Notes: generated from the letters alone by a model not told the origin. DNA of 64,000 nucleotides from Candidatus Latescibacterota bacterium (GCA_965223905.1 CBDCXV010000002.1:32001-96000), one strand, 5' to 3'; counted from the stretch's first letter, positions 20,908-30,843 are shown. Numbers and translations are program-made.

Positions 20908-21675
20908 GCGTCACCTCCGCGATTGGTTGTGATGTGATTCAGTTGCTGTGCTTTGACCTGCCCCCAAGTCTTCTCAGAGGGCTGGTCGCCGACGACCGTA
21001 GTGGAATCGAGCGCATGCTCCCACCTGTCGAAATGGGCGTCTCGAGACCGCTTATCCGTGCCATCCAGTTCCACCTCGTAGATGCCGCCCGAGGTGCCCG
21101 TCGCCCCGTCGCTCACCTGGGTGAAGGCGATTCGCCGGCTGTCGGACGACCAGGAAATGGCGCCGACCTGGATATTGTCCAGAATCTCCCGCACCTGCGT
21201 GCCCGCAGAATCGGCGACGAACAGGCCCGGCCCCCAGACGTCACCGAAGGCGATATGGCCGCCATCGGGCGACCACGCACCGTAGCTGGTGTCCTTCGAC
21301 AGGTACGTGCGGGAAGGGGAGTCCGTGGAGGATGATCCGGTAACCGTGTCGAGGTCGTCGAGGTCCAAGACCAGCAGCGTGTAGCATTCGTCGAAACAGT
21401 CGTTATACAGCAGTTTGCGGCCGTCCGGCGAGAAGGGAGAAGGCCATGCGTTGGCCAGACTGCCTTGTTTGGCGAGCAGCCGGAGATTGATGCCGTCCTT
21501 CTTTATCGAGTAGAGATCGAGCAGGTGGGCTATACTTCCAAGATCAAAGAAGATCGTCTCTCCATCGGGGTGCCATTTGGGATGTCCGGCCGCCACATTT
21601 ACAGAAATCGTTGCAGTATTAAGCAGCAGCGTTTCTTCCTCTGTCTCAAGATCCATCAAATACAGATTCCCAAGT
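20904..21675 (-). pseudogene. TolB-like paralog lacking signal peptide and first blade
   Basis: Homology to 19960..20907 starts at GNLYLMDLETEEETLL; upstream sequence is cadherin stalk DNA in another frame. Confidence 0.8.
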
Positions 21676-24585
21676 ATACGTGGCCACCACCCCCGAGCCC
21701 TTCTCGGCAAACGTGGTGTCGCTGACTCCCGACACCACCGACGCCTCGTTGACGTCGGTCACACTCACCCGCACCGACACCGTGGTGTCGGCCGCCGCGT
21801 CCGGGCGGCCGTCGCTGAGCGACACCGTCACCTCGTAGATCTTGTCGCCGTTCATGTCCCCCGGAGACTCGAAATCCGGCGGCGGCGCACGGAAAAAAAG
21901 CCGACCCGACGCATCCAGCCGCATCGTGTCCGCATCGGCGCCGCCCAGCGTCCACGTGAGCGGATCGTTGTCCGGGTCGGTGCCCGCATACGTGGCCACC
22001 GTGCCGGCGCCGTTCTCGGCAAACGATACCGCCGAAGGACCGCTCGTGATCTCCGGCGGACCGTTGGTCACCGGGGCCGGCGGCCGGACCGCAAGCGACC
22101 CATCCGGACTCGTCTCCACCATCGGCCAGGCCAACACCACCCGGCCATTCGAGGCCACCCCCCGAACCCGGAACCGGTAGCTTACCCCGTTGGTCAGGTC
22201 CGTAACCGTATACGAGGTCGTCGACGCCGTGCTGCCCGGTATCGGCTGCCACACTCCCCAATCCTCTCCGGCCTGCCGCTGCCGATACTGCCACCCGGTG
22301 ATGCGGGCATTGTTCGGGTCGTCCCAACGCAACGTCATCGACGCGTGACCGGGTACCGCCCGCAGGTTGCCCGGCTCTACCAAAGGCTTCGGTGGCGCCG
22401 ACACCGTGAAGGATTCGGCCAACGGACCCCCCGGCACCAGCGCCCGCACCTGGAACTCGTAGGTCTCCTCCGCCTCGAGACCCGAGACCGGGTGCGTCGT
22501 CGTCGTCGCGCCGGGGTCGCGCACGTTCTGCCAGAGCTCCCACGAGCCGCTGCCGGCCCGCTGACGGTACTGCCAAGTCCTGATAAACGGCTTGTTGGGG
22601 TCCGTCCAGCTCAACGCCACCGCGGTGGCGGTCGGTCGCTGCCAACGCAGCCCGTACACCGAAGCCGAGGCCGGCTCCAACTCCGTCACCCCGTCCGGAG
22701 GGACCAGACGCACCTTGAATTGGTAGGTCGCCTCGGGGTCCAGACCCGACACCCGGATATATGCCAGCACCTGCCGGGAAGCGGTCTGGTCGGCCGCCCC
22801 CGTACCGCCGGTAACCAAACCCTCGATCGGCGGCAGGTCCGTGTCGGTGAACTCGGCTTCCAGGGTCGCACCGGGCAGTATCCTTTCTATTTCCGACTGC
22901 AACAGGGCAACCCACTCGCTCGTCGTCACCCCCGCCGCCGTGGTTTCCGTAACCTCAATTTGAAAGTATTCATTCGGCACATCGCCGTCGGGCAGATCAA
23001 CATCGACCGGCAGGTCAAACCCCACCTCGAACTGCGCCTTGCCGTCGCCGCTGCGGGGCACCACCACAGGCGCCTGCGTAAGAACCGGCAAGGGGGACAG
23101 CACCACCTCCGGCTCGGCCCCCGTGTGGGTCCCGTAGCGGGGCCGCACCTGGAACCGGTACGTGCGCCAGATTTCCACCCCCTCCACCGAATGCGTGACC
23201 GTAGTCGCACCGCTACCGGTGATCCCCTCCCAGTCTTCCCAGGCCGCGGCGCCCGCCTTCTGCCGTGAGTCCCATCCGGTGATGCGGGAGTCGCCCGGAT
23301 CGTCCCAGGTCAGCTGCGCTTGGTTGTTCGCCAACAGATGAAGGCCGCCGAAAACCCATCGCGCCCGCAGGTTCTCCGGGGGCAGGGTAACCTGCGCCGC
23401 GGCGCCCTCTCCGACCTCGTTGACGGCGCGCACCTCGAAGGTGTACACGGTGCCGTTGGTCAGACCCGTGACCGTATGCTCCTCGAGGTCGGCCGCATCC
23501 GTGTCGGCGGGAAGGGAAATCGTTGTCCAGCCCGGAGACCAAGTAGTCCCCCCGTCCGTGCTCTGGCGATACTCATACCCGGTTAAGGGAGAACCGTTGT
23601 TCGACGGCGGCGTGTCCCAGGTCAAAAGCACCGCACGGTCGCGCGGGGCCGCCCGCAGGTTTTCCGGCGCCGACGGCGCCGAACCGCAGTTGGTCAGGGT
23701 AACCCCCGACGATAAAAGAAGGCCGCCGGTCTCCGCCTGCGCGCAATGCTTCGCGTCCCTCACCGTCACGTCGGTCAACCTCGCCACACCCAAGCTTTTT
23801 ACTTGAATCCCGTACCAGTCGTCATGAGACGGGTCGGTGGTGTTGGACGAACGGAAGGTGATGCCGCCCCCCACGGTCGTGAGGTTGCCCCTGACGATGA
23901 GCTCCGAGCGGGCCGGATCCTCGCCGCCCCCGGTCTCGTCGCTGTTGGCCGCAAAGCGAATCTCGGTATCGGCTGCGATGGTCAGGTCCATTCCGTCGGG
24001 AATCGTGACGTCGCCGGTGACCAGGATCGTGCCCGACCACTCGCTGTGGCCGACCAGCTCACCCGACCAGGGGGTGGGGTTGGTGGAGACGTGGAAGTTG
24101 TCGAGGAACAGGTGGTGGTTTTTAGGAGAACTGTAGCGGCCGCCGTAGTGGATGTCCGCCCAGGCTCGGTTGATCCCGATGGTATCGTGAGTCGTAAAAC
24201 GCAATCCACTTTTGCTTAACGCCAGATTTTTCTCCCCGTCGATCCAGACCTCGGTCAGGCCGTTGGACCGATTCGGATCGTTCATCTTGATGCGCTGCTC
24301 GATGCGATACCACTGGCCCATCTGATGGCGCGGCAGGGTGTCCCAGAGAACTATTCCCCTATCGTTAGAGGGAAAGTGTTCTCCCGTGCCGCAGTTGTGA
24401 ACCGGTGCGTTGCCGCACCTCTGGTCCAGGTGATAGATGTAGGAGATCGGGGACCATTCGTTCGGGGGATATTCTTCATCCCTTCCCGCCAGCATGCGCG
24501 CCGACCACCCCAGGGAATCCGGATCTTGAGGCCACATGCCGCCCGATCCGGAATTGTACGTGCCCGCCAAGCCAGGGATTTTTAC

Positions 24586-26141
24586 GGGTGTAGCCGCGTT
24601 TTTACGCAGCCATCGTGTAGGGTTGAGAGGTAGTCTTTTTAAGGTACCAGTTCCAGAAAGCCTCCCATCGTTTCGATTGCACGTGGACTCGTAGGTTGAG
24701 AATCTGCTGTCCTCCCTCGCGCCTCCAGCGCATGCCGCTGCGTTTGAGTCGATGGCCGACCAGGGTCTTGGCGGCTGCCTCCACGGGACCACTGGAGAGG
24801 ATCAAACCCAAAGCGTGATAGCCGGCGTAGTCCATTTTATCCCGGTTGTTGCGGAAGTAGCCCAGTTCGGTGGTCGCCTGACGATGGCGTGGTGATCCTT
24901 TTGGGAGTTGGCGCCGATGGTAGGCCAGGGAACGGATCAGGCCCTGAACGGCACCCGGCTCATGGCGCAGTTTGTGGCGCCATCGTCGATACCAGCGATC
25001 GGCCTTTCCCGAGCGCTTGCCGAAGAGGTGCTCGGCGGCCTTCGACAGGTGCTGGGCGGCGTGGTAGAAGTCGAGAATGCGGGTGAAGCCGTCGAACACC
25101 CTGAGCCCATCCACGGTACGCCAGATCTCGCGCTTGCCGTCGGCCAACACCACCCGGTGCTCGTAGCTCCCCTGCTGCAGGGCCCGTCCCGTCTGGTCCA
25201 CCAGGCCGTTGACCAAAGTTTCCATTTTCGCCTCCGGCATGCGCGCGGCATAGCGCACGTCGACGCGTTGGGGCTCTTCCCTGTCGGGATCCAGCGGCGT
25301 CAGGTAGGTGGCGATCCTGCCCACCCCCGCCTCTTTCCAGGCCGTGGGGGCGCTGTCGGTTTCGCTGTCCATCGGTCGTTCGGCGGGCCGTCCGCGCTTG
25401 GGTGCCGGTTCCCGCAGGGGCACGGTAACTCCGTCCCAACTGACCACCAGGGTGTCGCCTTCGGGATCCAGTGGCGCCGCTGCTTGCAAGGCCAGCTCGA
25501 GTTGTTCGGCGTGATCCTCCGCATACTGCCCTACAGTCGTCAACAGGTATTGAATGGCGGTGCGCGAGGGCGGCTCGGGCAGCAGCTCCCCCAAGCAGTC
25601 CCGGACCTCGGCAGGGACCATGCCGGCGCCCAGAAACGCCGTCAGGCGCTCCAGTTCCGGCACCATGAATCGCTTGACCATGCCGCAGCGCTCATCCAAA
25701 GGCACCCGGCTCGGTCCGCCGCGATCGCGTTGGTATAGCCGACGCGCCACCACAACCTTGCCCCACAGGGTCATCCACTCCTTGTCGACCACCTGCTTGA
25801 ATCGGTACAGCTTCCCGTGGTGTACCACGGTGTCGTCGCCCATTTCACAAGCTTGAGCCAAGCGTTGGAAGCCGCTTCGACCGATGTCGTCCAAACACGA
25901 ACGAAACTCCCCCAGCATCTGGCGAAAGGCATCCGGTCCTGCTTGCCCGGACTGCAGGCGATGTTCCCACTGCCGGACATTTTCCTGCAGGTTGGTCAGG
26001 CGAGCGCTCAAATCGTGCGTATCTTCCATCTGGGACCCCTTTCCGGTTTTTGGGCTAAGTCGTTACCCCCAAAAGTACAACTCGTACCCGGACTTGGGGT
26101 CCCACTCTTGTTAAGAAATGCGTAAAATGGAGGCTACACCC
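24586..26141 (-). mobile_element. Complete IS element, ISKra4 family
   Basis: 23-bp imperfect TIRs GGGTGTAGCCgcgtTTTTACGCA / GGGTGTAGCCtccaTTTTACGCA; 8-bp target duplication ATTTTTAC at 24578-24585 and 26142-26149. Confidence 0.93.
24602..26029 (-). CDS. ISKra4-family DDE transposase
   Basis: SWDG, LADG, LDFYHAAQHL, SSGPVEAAAK...RLKRSGMRW motifs. Confidence 0.9.
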   Translation of the reverse strand: MEDTHDLSARLTNLQENVRQWEHRLQSGQAGPDAFRQMLGEFRSCLDDIGRSGFQRLAQACEMGDDTVVHHGKLYRFKQVVDKEWMTLWGKVVVARRLYQRDRGGPSRVPLDERCGMVKRFMVPELERLTAFLGAGMVPAEVRDCLGELLPEPPSRTAIQYLLTTVGQYAEDHAEQLELALQAAAPLDPEGDTLVVSWDGVTVPLREPAPKRGRPAERPMDSETDSAPTAWKEAGVGRIATYLTPLDPDREEPQRVDVRYAARMPEAKMETLVNGLVDQTGRALQQGSYEHRVVLADGKREIWRTVDGLRVFDGFTRILDFYHAAQHLSKAAEHLFGKRSGKADRWYRRWRHKLRHEPGAVQGLIRSLAYHRRQLPKGSPRHRQATTELGYFRNNRDKMDYAGYHALGLILSSGPVEAAAKTLVGHRLKRSGMRWRREGGQQILNLRVHVQSKRWEAFWNWYLKKTTSQPYTMAA

Positions 26142-26667
26142 ATTTTTACTACTTGGGGTATATCTATTTCACCATCGTTAGTAAAATCCCAATCTGAACC
26201 CAGTTTTATGTGGTACCTGAGATACATCTCATCATTATCCGGAACATACGAATCGTAAATCGTGCGACCCTTATGGGTTTGGTGCACCGCTGGGTCGCCC
26301 CGGATAATTTTGCCACCCAGGTAGTAGCTGATGCTCCTTCCGTAATGTTCGTTCTCTTCAACCTTAACCTTCAAGATTCGGTCACCCGAGGAGGTTGTTT
26401 CAAGATGGACGCGCTGTTCCACTCCGAGGCCCACTCCGCCTCGAACGTCATTGAAAATGACGTGAGGCAGGGCTGGGGAGGGCGCCGTGGTAATCCTATT
26501 GTTGAAGTGCTGAGGCCACGTGCCCAGTGTCAAATCCTCGAAGTCCTGCTTGAAATAGGTCGTATCCTGTGCCAGGGCAGTTCCGCTCAGGCACAAGGCG
26601 GCGTACAGGATCGCTCTTTTCATCCCGGAAACCTTTCGGGTTTGGTGTTTAAGTTGGGTTGGAGTTT

Positions 26668-27582
26668 TTACCGCTGTTCGTTTTTGACCTGCCCCCAGGT
26701 CTTCTCAGAGGGCTGGTCGCCGACGACCGTCCCGGAATCGAGCGCATGCTCCCAAGCATCGAAATGGGCGTCTCGAGACCGCTTCCCCGTGCCATCCAGA
26801 CCCACCTCGTAGATGCCGCCCGACGCGCCCGTCACTTGGTCACGTTTTGTGGTGAAGGCGATCCGCTGGCTGTCGGACGACCAGGAAATGGCGCGACCGA
26901 CCTGGGCATCCTCCAAGACCTGCTGCACCTGCGCGCCGCGGGGATCGGCGACAAAAAGCCCCGGGCCCCGAGCATCGCCAAAAGCGATATAGCTACCATT
27001 GGGCGCCCAGGCACCGTAGCTCGTGCGCTCCGACAAGCGCGTCCGGTTACCGGTGTCGAGGTCCACGACTCGCAGGGCTTCACAATCGTCATGGCAGTCG
27101 GTATACAGCAACTTGCGACCGTCGGGAGAAAAAGGACCCGGCCAGGATAGGAAGTCGTACATTCCTCCACCCCCAACGACCAAACGAAAATTCGTTCCGG
27201 CTTTTTCTACTGCATAGATATCAGAAAGAAACACACTTACCATATTGAAAAAGGTGGTACTACCTCTGGGATGCCAGATGAGTCCGGTGATGGAGGCCGG
27301 ATTTTCTGGGTCATAATCCACCAGGATCTTCTCTTCCATTGTCTGGAGATCGAGCAGATACAATCTCTTGTTTCTGCTAAAGGCCACGTGTCGTTGATCC
27401 GGAGAAAGAGCCGGACGCCGGCCCTCGGTGAGCCGCTGTTCTCCGCTCCCGTCCAGGTTGCTTTTGTAGATCACCCCCCCTCTCCCATAAACTTTGATTC
27501 CCTGGTTCTCTTCCTCCTGGGCTCCGGCCGGCATTCCGCCGAAGCACATGACAGATGCGAGAAGTAGTACGAGCGCTTTCAT
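26668..27582 (-). CDS. Secreted TolB-like beta-propeller protein with TWGQVK tail
   Basis: 304-aa paralog, SPD/WHP/FSPDG/WSSDS repeats. Confidence 0.88.
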   Translation of the reverse strand: MKALVLLLASVMCFGGMPAGAQEEENQGIKVYGRGGVIYKSNLDGSGEQRLTEGRRPALSPDQRHVAFSRNKRLYLLDLQTMEEKILVDYDPENPASITGLIWHPRGSTTFFNMVSVFLSDIYAVEKAGTNFRLVVGGGGMYDFLSWPGPFSPDGRKLLYTDCHDDCEALRVVDLDTGNRTRLSERTSYGAWAPNGSYIAFGDARGPGLFVADPRGAQVQQVLEDAQVGRAISWSSDSQRIAFTTKRDQVTGASGGIYEVGLDGTGKRSRDAHFDAWEHALDSGTVVGDQPSEKTWGQVKNEQR

Positions 27583-28505
27583 GCGTCACCTCCGTTAATG
27601 ATGTGATTTAGTTGCTGTGCTTTGACCTGCCCCCAGGTCTTCTCAGAGGGCTGGTCGCCGACGACCGTCCCGGAATCGAGCGCATGCTCCCACCTGTCAA
27701 AATGGGCGTCTCGAGACCGCTTACCCGTGCCATCCAAGCCCACCTCGTAGATGTCGCCCGAGGCGCCCGTCGCTCCGCCGTCGCTCACTTGGGTGAAGGC
27801 AATCCGTTGGCTGTCGGACGACCAGGAGAGGGCGTCGACCTGGACATCTGCCAGGACCTGCCGCACTTGCGCGCCACCAGGATCGGCGACAAAAAGCCCC
27901 GGGCCCCGGGCATCGCCAAAGGCGATATGGCGACCATTGGGCGCCCAGGCACCGTAGCTCGTGCGCCCCGACAATTCCGTCCGGTTACCGGTGTCGAGGT
28001 CAACGACTCGCAGGGATTCGCAGTCGTCATGGCAGTTGGTATACAGCAAATGGCCACCGTCGGGAGAAAAAGGACCCGGCCAGGATAGGAAGTCGTAATA
28101 CCCTCCACCGGGTACGACCAAACGAAGGTTTGTGCCGTCCTTTTCTATTGCATAGATGTCAGAAAGAAACACACCTGTCCTATTGAAAAAGATGGTGCTA
28201 CCTCTGGGATGCCATACGGGTTCGACGGCGGGCCGACCCGTATCAATCTCCACCAGGATCTTCTCTTTCATTGTCTGGAGATCAAACAGGTACAAACTCT
28301 TGTTTCTGGTGAAGGCCACGTGTCTTTGATCCGGGGATAGGTCAGGCCCCCAGCCCTCGACGAGGCGCTGTTCTCCGCTCCCGTCCAGATTGCTTTTGTA
28401 GATCACCCCCTCTTCAAGGTTTACATAGACCTTAATTCCCTCCTCCTGGGCTCCGGCCGGCATTCCGCCGAAGCAGTAAAGGGCAAGTAGTAGAAGCGCT
28501 TTCAT
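27579..28505 (-). CDS. Secreted TolB-like beta-propeller protein with TWGQVK tail
   Basis: 308-aa paralog; ATGA overlap with next gene. Confidence 0.88.
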   Translation of the reverse strand: MKALLLLALYCFGGMPAGAQEEGIKVYVNLEEGVIYKSNLDGSGEQRLVEGWGPDLSPDQRHVAFTRNKSLYLFDLQTMKEKILVEIDTGRPAVEPVWHPRGSTIFFNRTGVFLSDIYAIEKDGTNLRLVVPGGGYYDFLSWPGPFSPDGGHLLYTNCHDDCESLRVVDLDTGNRTELSGRTSYGAWAPNGRHIAFGDARGPGLFVADPGGAQVRQVLADVQVDALSWSSDSQRIAFTQVSDGGATGASGDIYEVGLDGTGKRSRDAHFDRWEHALDSGTVVGDQPSEKTWGQVKAQQLNHIINGGDA

Positions 28506-28536
28506 GCGTCACCTCCGTGATTGGTTATGCTGTGAT

Positions 28537-29460
28537 TTATAGTTCCTGTGCTTTGACCTGCCCCCAGGTCTTCTCAGAGGGCTGGTCGCCGACGACCGTC
28601 CCGGAATCGAGCGCATGCTCCCAAGCATCGAAATGGGCGTCTCGAGACCGCTTCCCTGTGCCATCCAGACCCACCTCGTAGATGCCGCCCGACGCGCCCG
28701 TCACTTGGTCACGTTTTGTGGTGAAGGCGATCCGCTGGCTGTCGGACGACCAGGAAATGGCGCGACCGACCTGGGCATCCTCCAGGACCGTCTGCACCTG
28801 CGCGCCGCCGGGATCGGCGACATAAAGCCCCGGCCCCCGGGCATCGCCAAAGGCGATATGGCGACCATTGGGCGCCCAGGCACCGTAGCTCGTGCGCCCC
28901 GACAATTCCGTCCGGTTACCGGTGTCGAGGTCAACGACTCGCAGGGATTCGCAGTCGTCATGGCAGTCGGTATACAACAACTTGCGACCGTCGGGAGAAA
29001 AAGGACCTGGCCAGGATAGGAAGTCGTACATTCCTCCACCCTTAACAACCAAACGGAAGTTCGTACCGTCCTTTTCTATCGCATAGATATCAGAAAGAAA
29101 AACATTTTCCATATTGAAAAAGATGGTGGTTCTGCTACCATCGGGATGCCAGAGAGGAGCAACGGCAAATGCATTTATTGTATCTGGGTCATGCTCCACC
29201 AGGATCATTTCTCCCATTGTCTGGAGATCAAGCAGGTACAAATTCCCATATCTGGTAAAGGCCACATGCCTCTGATCCTGGGAAAGGGCCGGAGCATAGC
29301 CTTCGGTGAGCTTCTGTTCCCCGGTCCCGTCCAGGTTGCTTTTATAGATCACCCCCTCCTTAGTTCCATAGACCTTGATTCCCTGGTTCTCTTCCTGGGC
29401 TCCGGCCGGCATTCCGCCGAAGCAGTAAAACGATGCGAGAAGTAGTACGAGCGCTTTCAT
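28537..29460 (-). CDS. Secreted TolB-like beta-propeller protein with TWGQVK tail
   Basis: 307-aa paralog. Confidence 0.88.
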   Translation of the reverse strand: MKALVLLLASFYCFGGMPAGAQEENQGIKVYGTKEGVIYKSNLDGTGEQKLTEGYAPALSQDQRHVAFTRYGNLYLLDLQTMGEMILVEHDPDTINAFAVAPLWHPDGSRTTIFFNMENVFLSDIYAIEKDGTNFRLVVKGGGMYDFLSWPGPFSPDGRKLLYTDCHDDCESLRVVDLDTGNRTELSGRTSYGAWAPNGRHIAFGDARGPGLYVADPGGAQVQTVLEDAQVGRAISWSSDSQRIAFTTKRDQVTGASGGIYEVGLDGTGKRSRDAHFDAWEHALDSGTVVGDQPSEKTWGQVKAQEL

Positions 29461-29735
29461 GCGTCACCTCCGTGATTGGTTATGATGTGATTTAGTTGCT
29501 GTGCTTTGACCTGCCCCCAAGTCTTCTCGACGATGGCCGTCCCGGAATCGAGCGCATGCTCCCAAGCGTCGAAATGGGCGTCTCGAGACCGCTTACCGTG
29601 CCATCCGGACCCACTTCGTAGATGCCGCCCGAGGTGCCCGTCGCCCCGTGGCTCACCTGGGTGAAGGCGATTCGCCGGCTGTCAAACGACTAGGAGAGGG
29701 CGCCAACCTGGACATCCTCCAGGATTTGCCGCACC
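29457..29735 (-). pseudogene. 3' remnant of a sixth TolB-like gene
   Basis: VRQILEDVQVGALS*... with TGG>TAG near 29690, small deletions, ends EKTWGQVKAQQLNHIITNHGGDA. Confidence 0.8.
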
Positions 29736-29946
29736 ACCATATTTTGTCCGCCGAGGTAGCCCCCATGATGCCCACGGGTTCCGGTTTCTGTACCTTGATG
29801 TCTCCCCACTTTCCTCCGGTCTCCTCGGTCAAGATCAGGATGGGCGAAAACATTTTGGCCAATCGGTCCTCATCCGTTTCTACTTGGGCCTCGGCTGCAA
29901 GGAGGGCAGCCAACATGGTAAGTACTGCACGGAAAATCAGGGACAT
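29736..29946 (-). pseudogene. 5' stub of a Vps62/NPP1-like-head gene
   Basis: MSLIFRAVLTMLAALLAAEAQ...LAKMFSPILILT...KVQKPEPVGIMGA matches LASKFAPVLVLT...KVLRPEPVEIMGA of gene 1..3315. Confidence 0.75.
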
Positions 29947-29963
29947 ATCAAATCTTTTCTCCT

Positions 29964-30821
29964 TTAAAACTGCAGTGTGGCAATCCCCCAAAGGCCACCC
30001 TTTGGGGTTGGGGCTATGGCAAGGGAAGTACGGTGATCTTCGGAAGGGTTGCGCCATATTTCAGAGGTGATGAGAGCGCTGAATTGGGGAATGACGAACG
30101 CCAACGGTAACCCGGTGTTCAGATCCAGTCCGGACTCGAGCAAGAAGACGCCGACCGCCCCCGGTATAACACCGGCGAGAAGGGTAACGGGCAAAGAATC
30201 ATATGGATCGACCGCGGTCACACCCAACGGGAATCCCACCGCACAGCCGGCAATCAAACCATAATAAACACTGTCCAACCCTCCCCAAGGGTCGTCATCC
30301 CCCTTTCGCTCCTCTTCGAAATAAGTAACATATAGAACAGCCGAAACCAAGGTAACAGCTGCTCCCGAAAGAGTACCAAAGACCAATTTGGTAGGAATTC
30401 GCCCTACGTGATGTCCGCCACCCAAGGCATGGATACGGTTACCTAAATAAACCGGTTTTCCGGCCTTTGCAGATTTGATAAAGGGCAAGTTTCTGTAGCC
30501 TTCAACAATAGCGGTTACGTTCTTTTCCGAAAGGAAACTCAGCCGAAACCGATGCCCGTAAAAGCCAGAAGGCATGCCATCATCGCGGTGTATTCTCATC
30601 AGTTCATAAACCGCCGAAAGGGAATCAAAATCGGCTATCCCGGTAACTGTCGTCCCCTTGGCAGCCGCCTCCTGCAGAGCCGCGGCCATCTGCTCGTTTC
30701 CACGGAGGTGGATGGTGATTTCTTTGGGCTCCTGCCTGGCAGCCTCATCCGTTTGGGCTTTTGCCTCTGCCGTAAGGAGGGCAGCCAAAACTGTAAATAC
30801 TGCAATGGAAATACAGGACAT
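29964..30821 (-). CDS. Exported protein: prodomain-like N-region + Gly-rich hydrophobic C-domain ending in Phe
   Basis: 285-aa ORF with AAGGAG RBS and signal peptide; C-domain homologous to 5956..6975. Confidence 0.8.
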   Translation of the reverse strand: MSCISIAVFTVLAALLTAEAKAQTDEAARQEPKEITIHLRGNEQMAAALQEAAAKGTTVTGIADFDSLSAVYELMRIHRDDGMPSGFYGHRFRLSFLSEKNVTAIVEGYRNLPFIKSAKAGKPVYLGNRIHALGGGHHVGRIPTKLVFGTLSGAAVTLVSAVLYVTYFEEERKGDDDPWGGLDSVYYGLIAGCAVGFPLGVTAVDPYDSLPVTLLAGVIPGAVGVFLLESGLDLNTGLPLAFVIPQFSALITSEIWRNPSEDHRTSLAIAPTPKGGLWGIATLQF

Positions 30822-30843
30822 ATGCTTTTCTCCTTTTTATGGG

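Larger units (their letters stand above)
21646..26623 (-). pseudogene. Second PL14-like/FN3/cadherin gene, interrupted by an IS and 3'-truncated
   Basis: 26111..26623 (MKRAILYAALCLSG...PQVVK) and the part of the 21646..24792 ORF outside the IS (KIPGLAGTYN...) rejoin in frame when the IS and one TSD are removed. Confidence 0.9.

Noticed and set aside
24586-24792. N-terminus of the 1048-aa ORF
   Set aside because: Lies inside the IS; the real start is at 26623
14895-29500. Junction element as CRISPR repeat or integron attC site
   Set aside because: Spacing is gene-sized, the element is not palindromic, and no cas or integrase gene is present in the window
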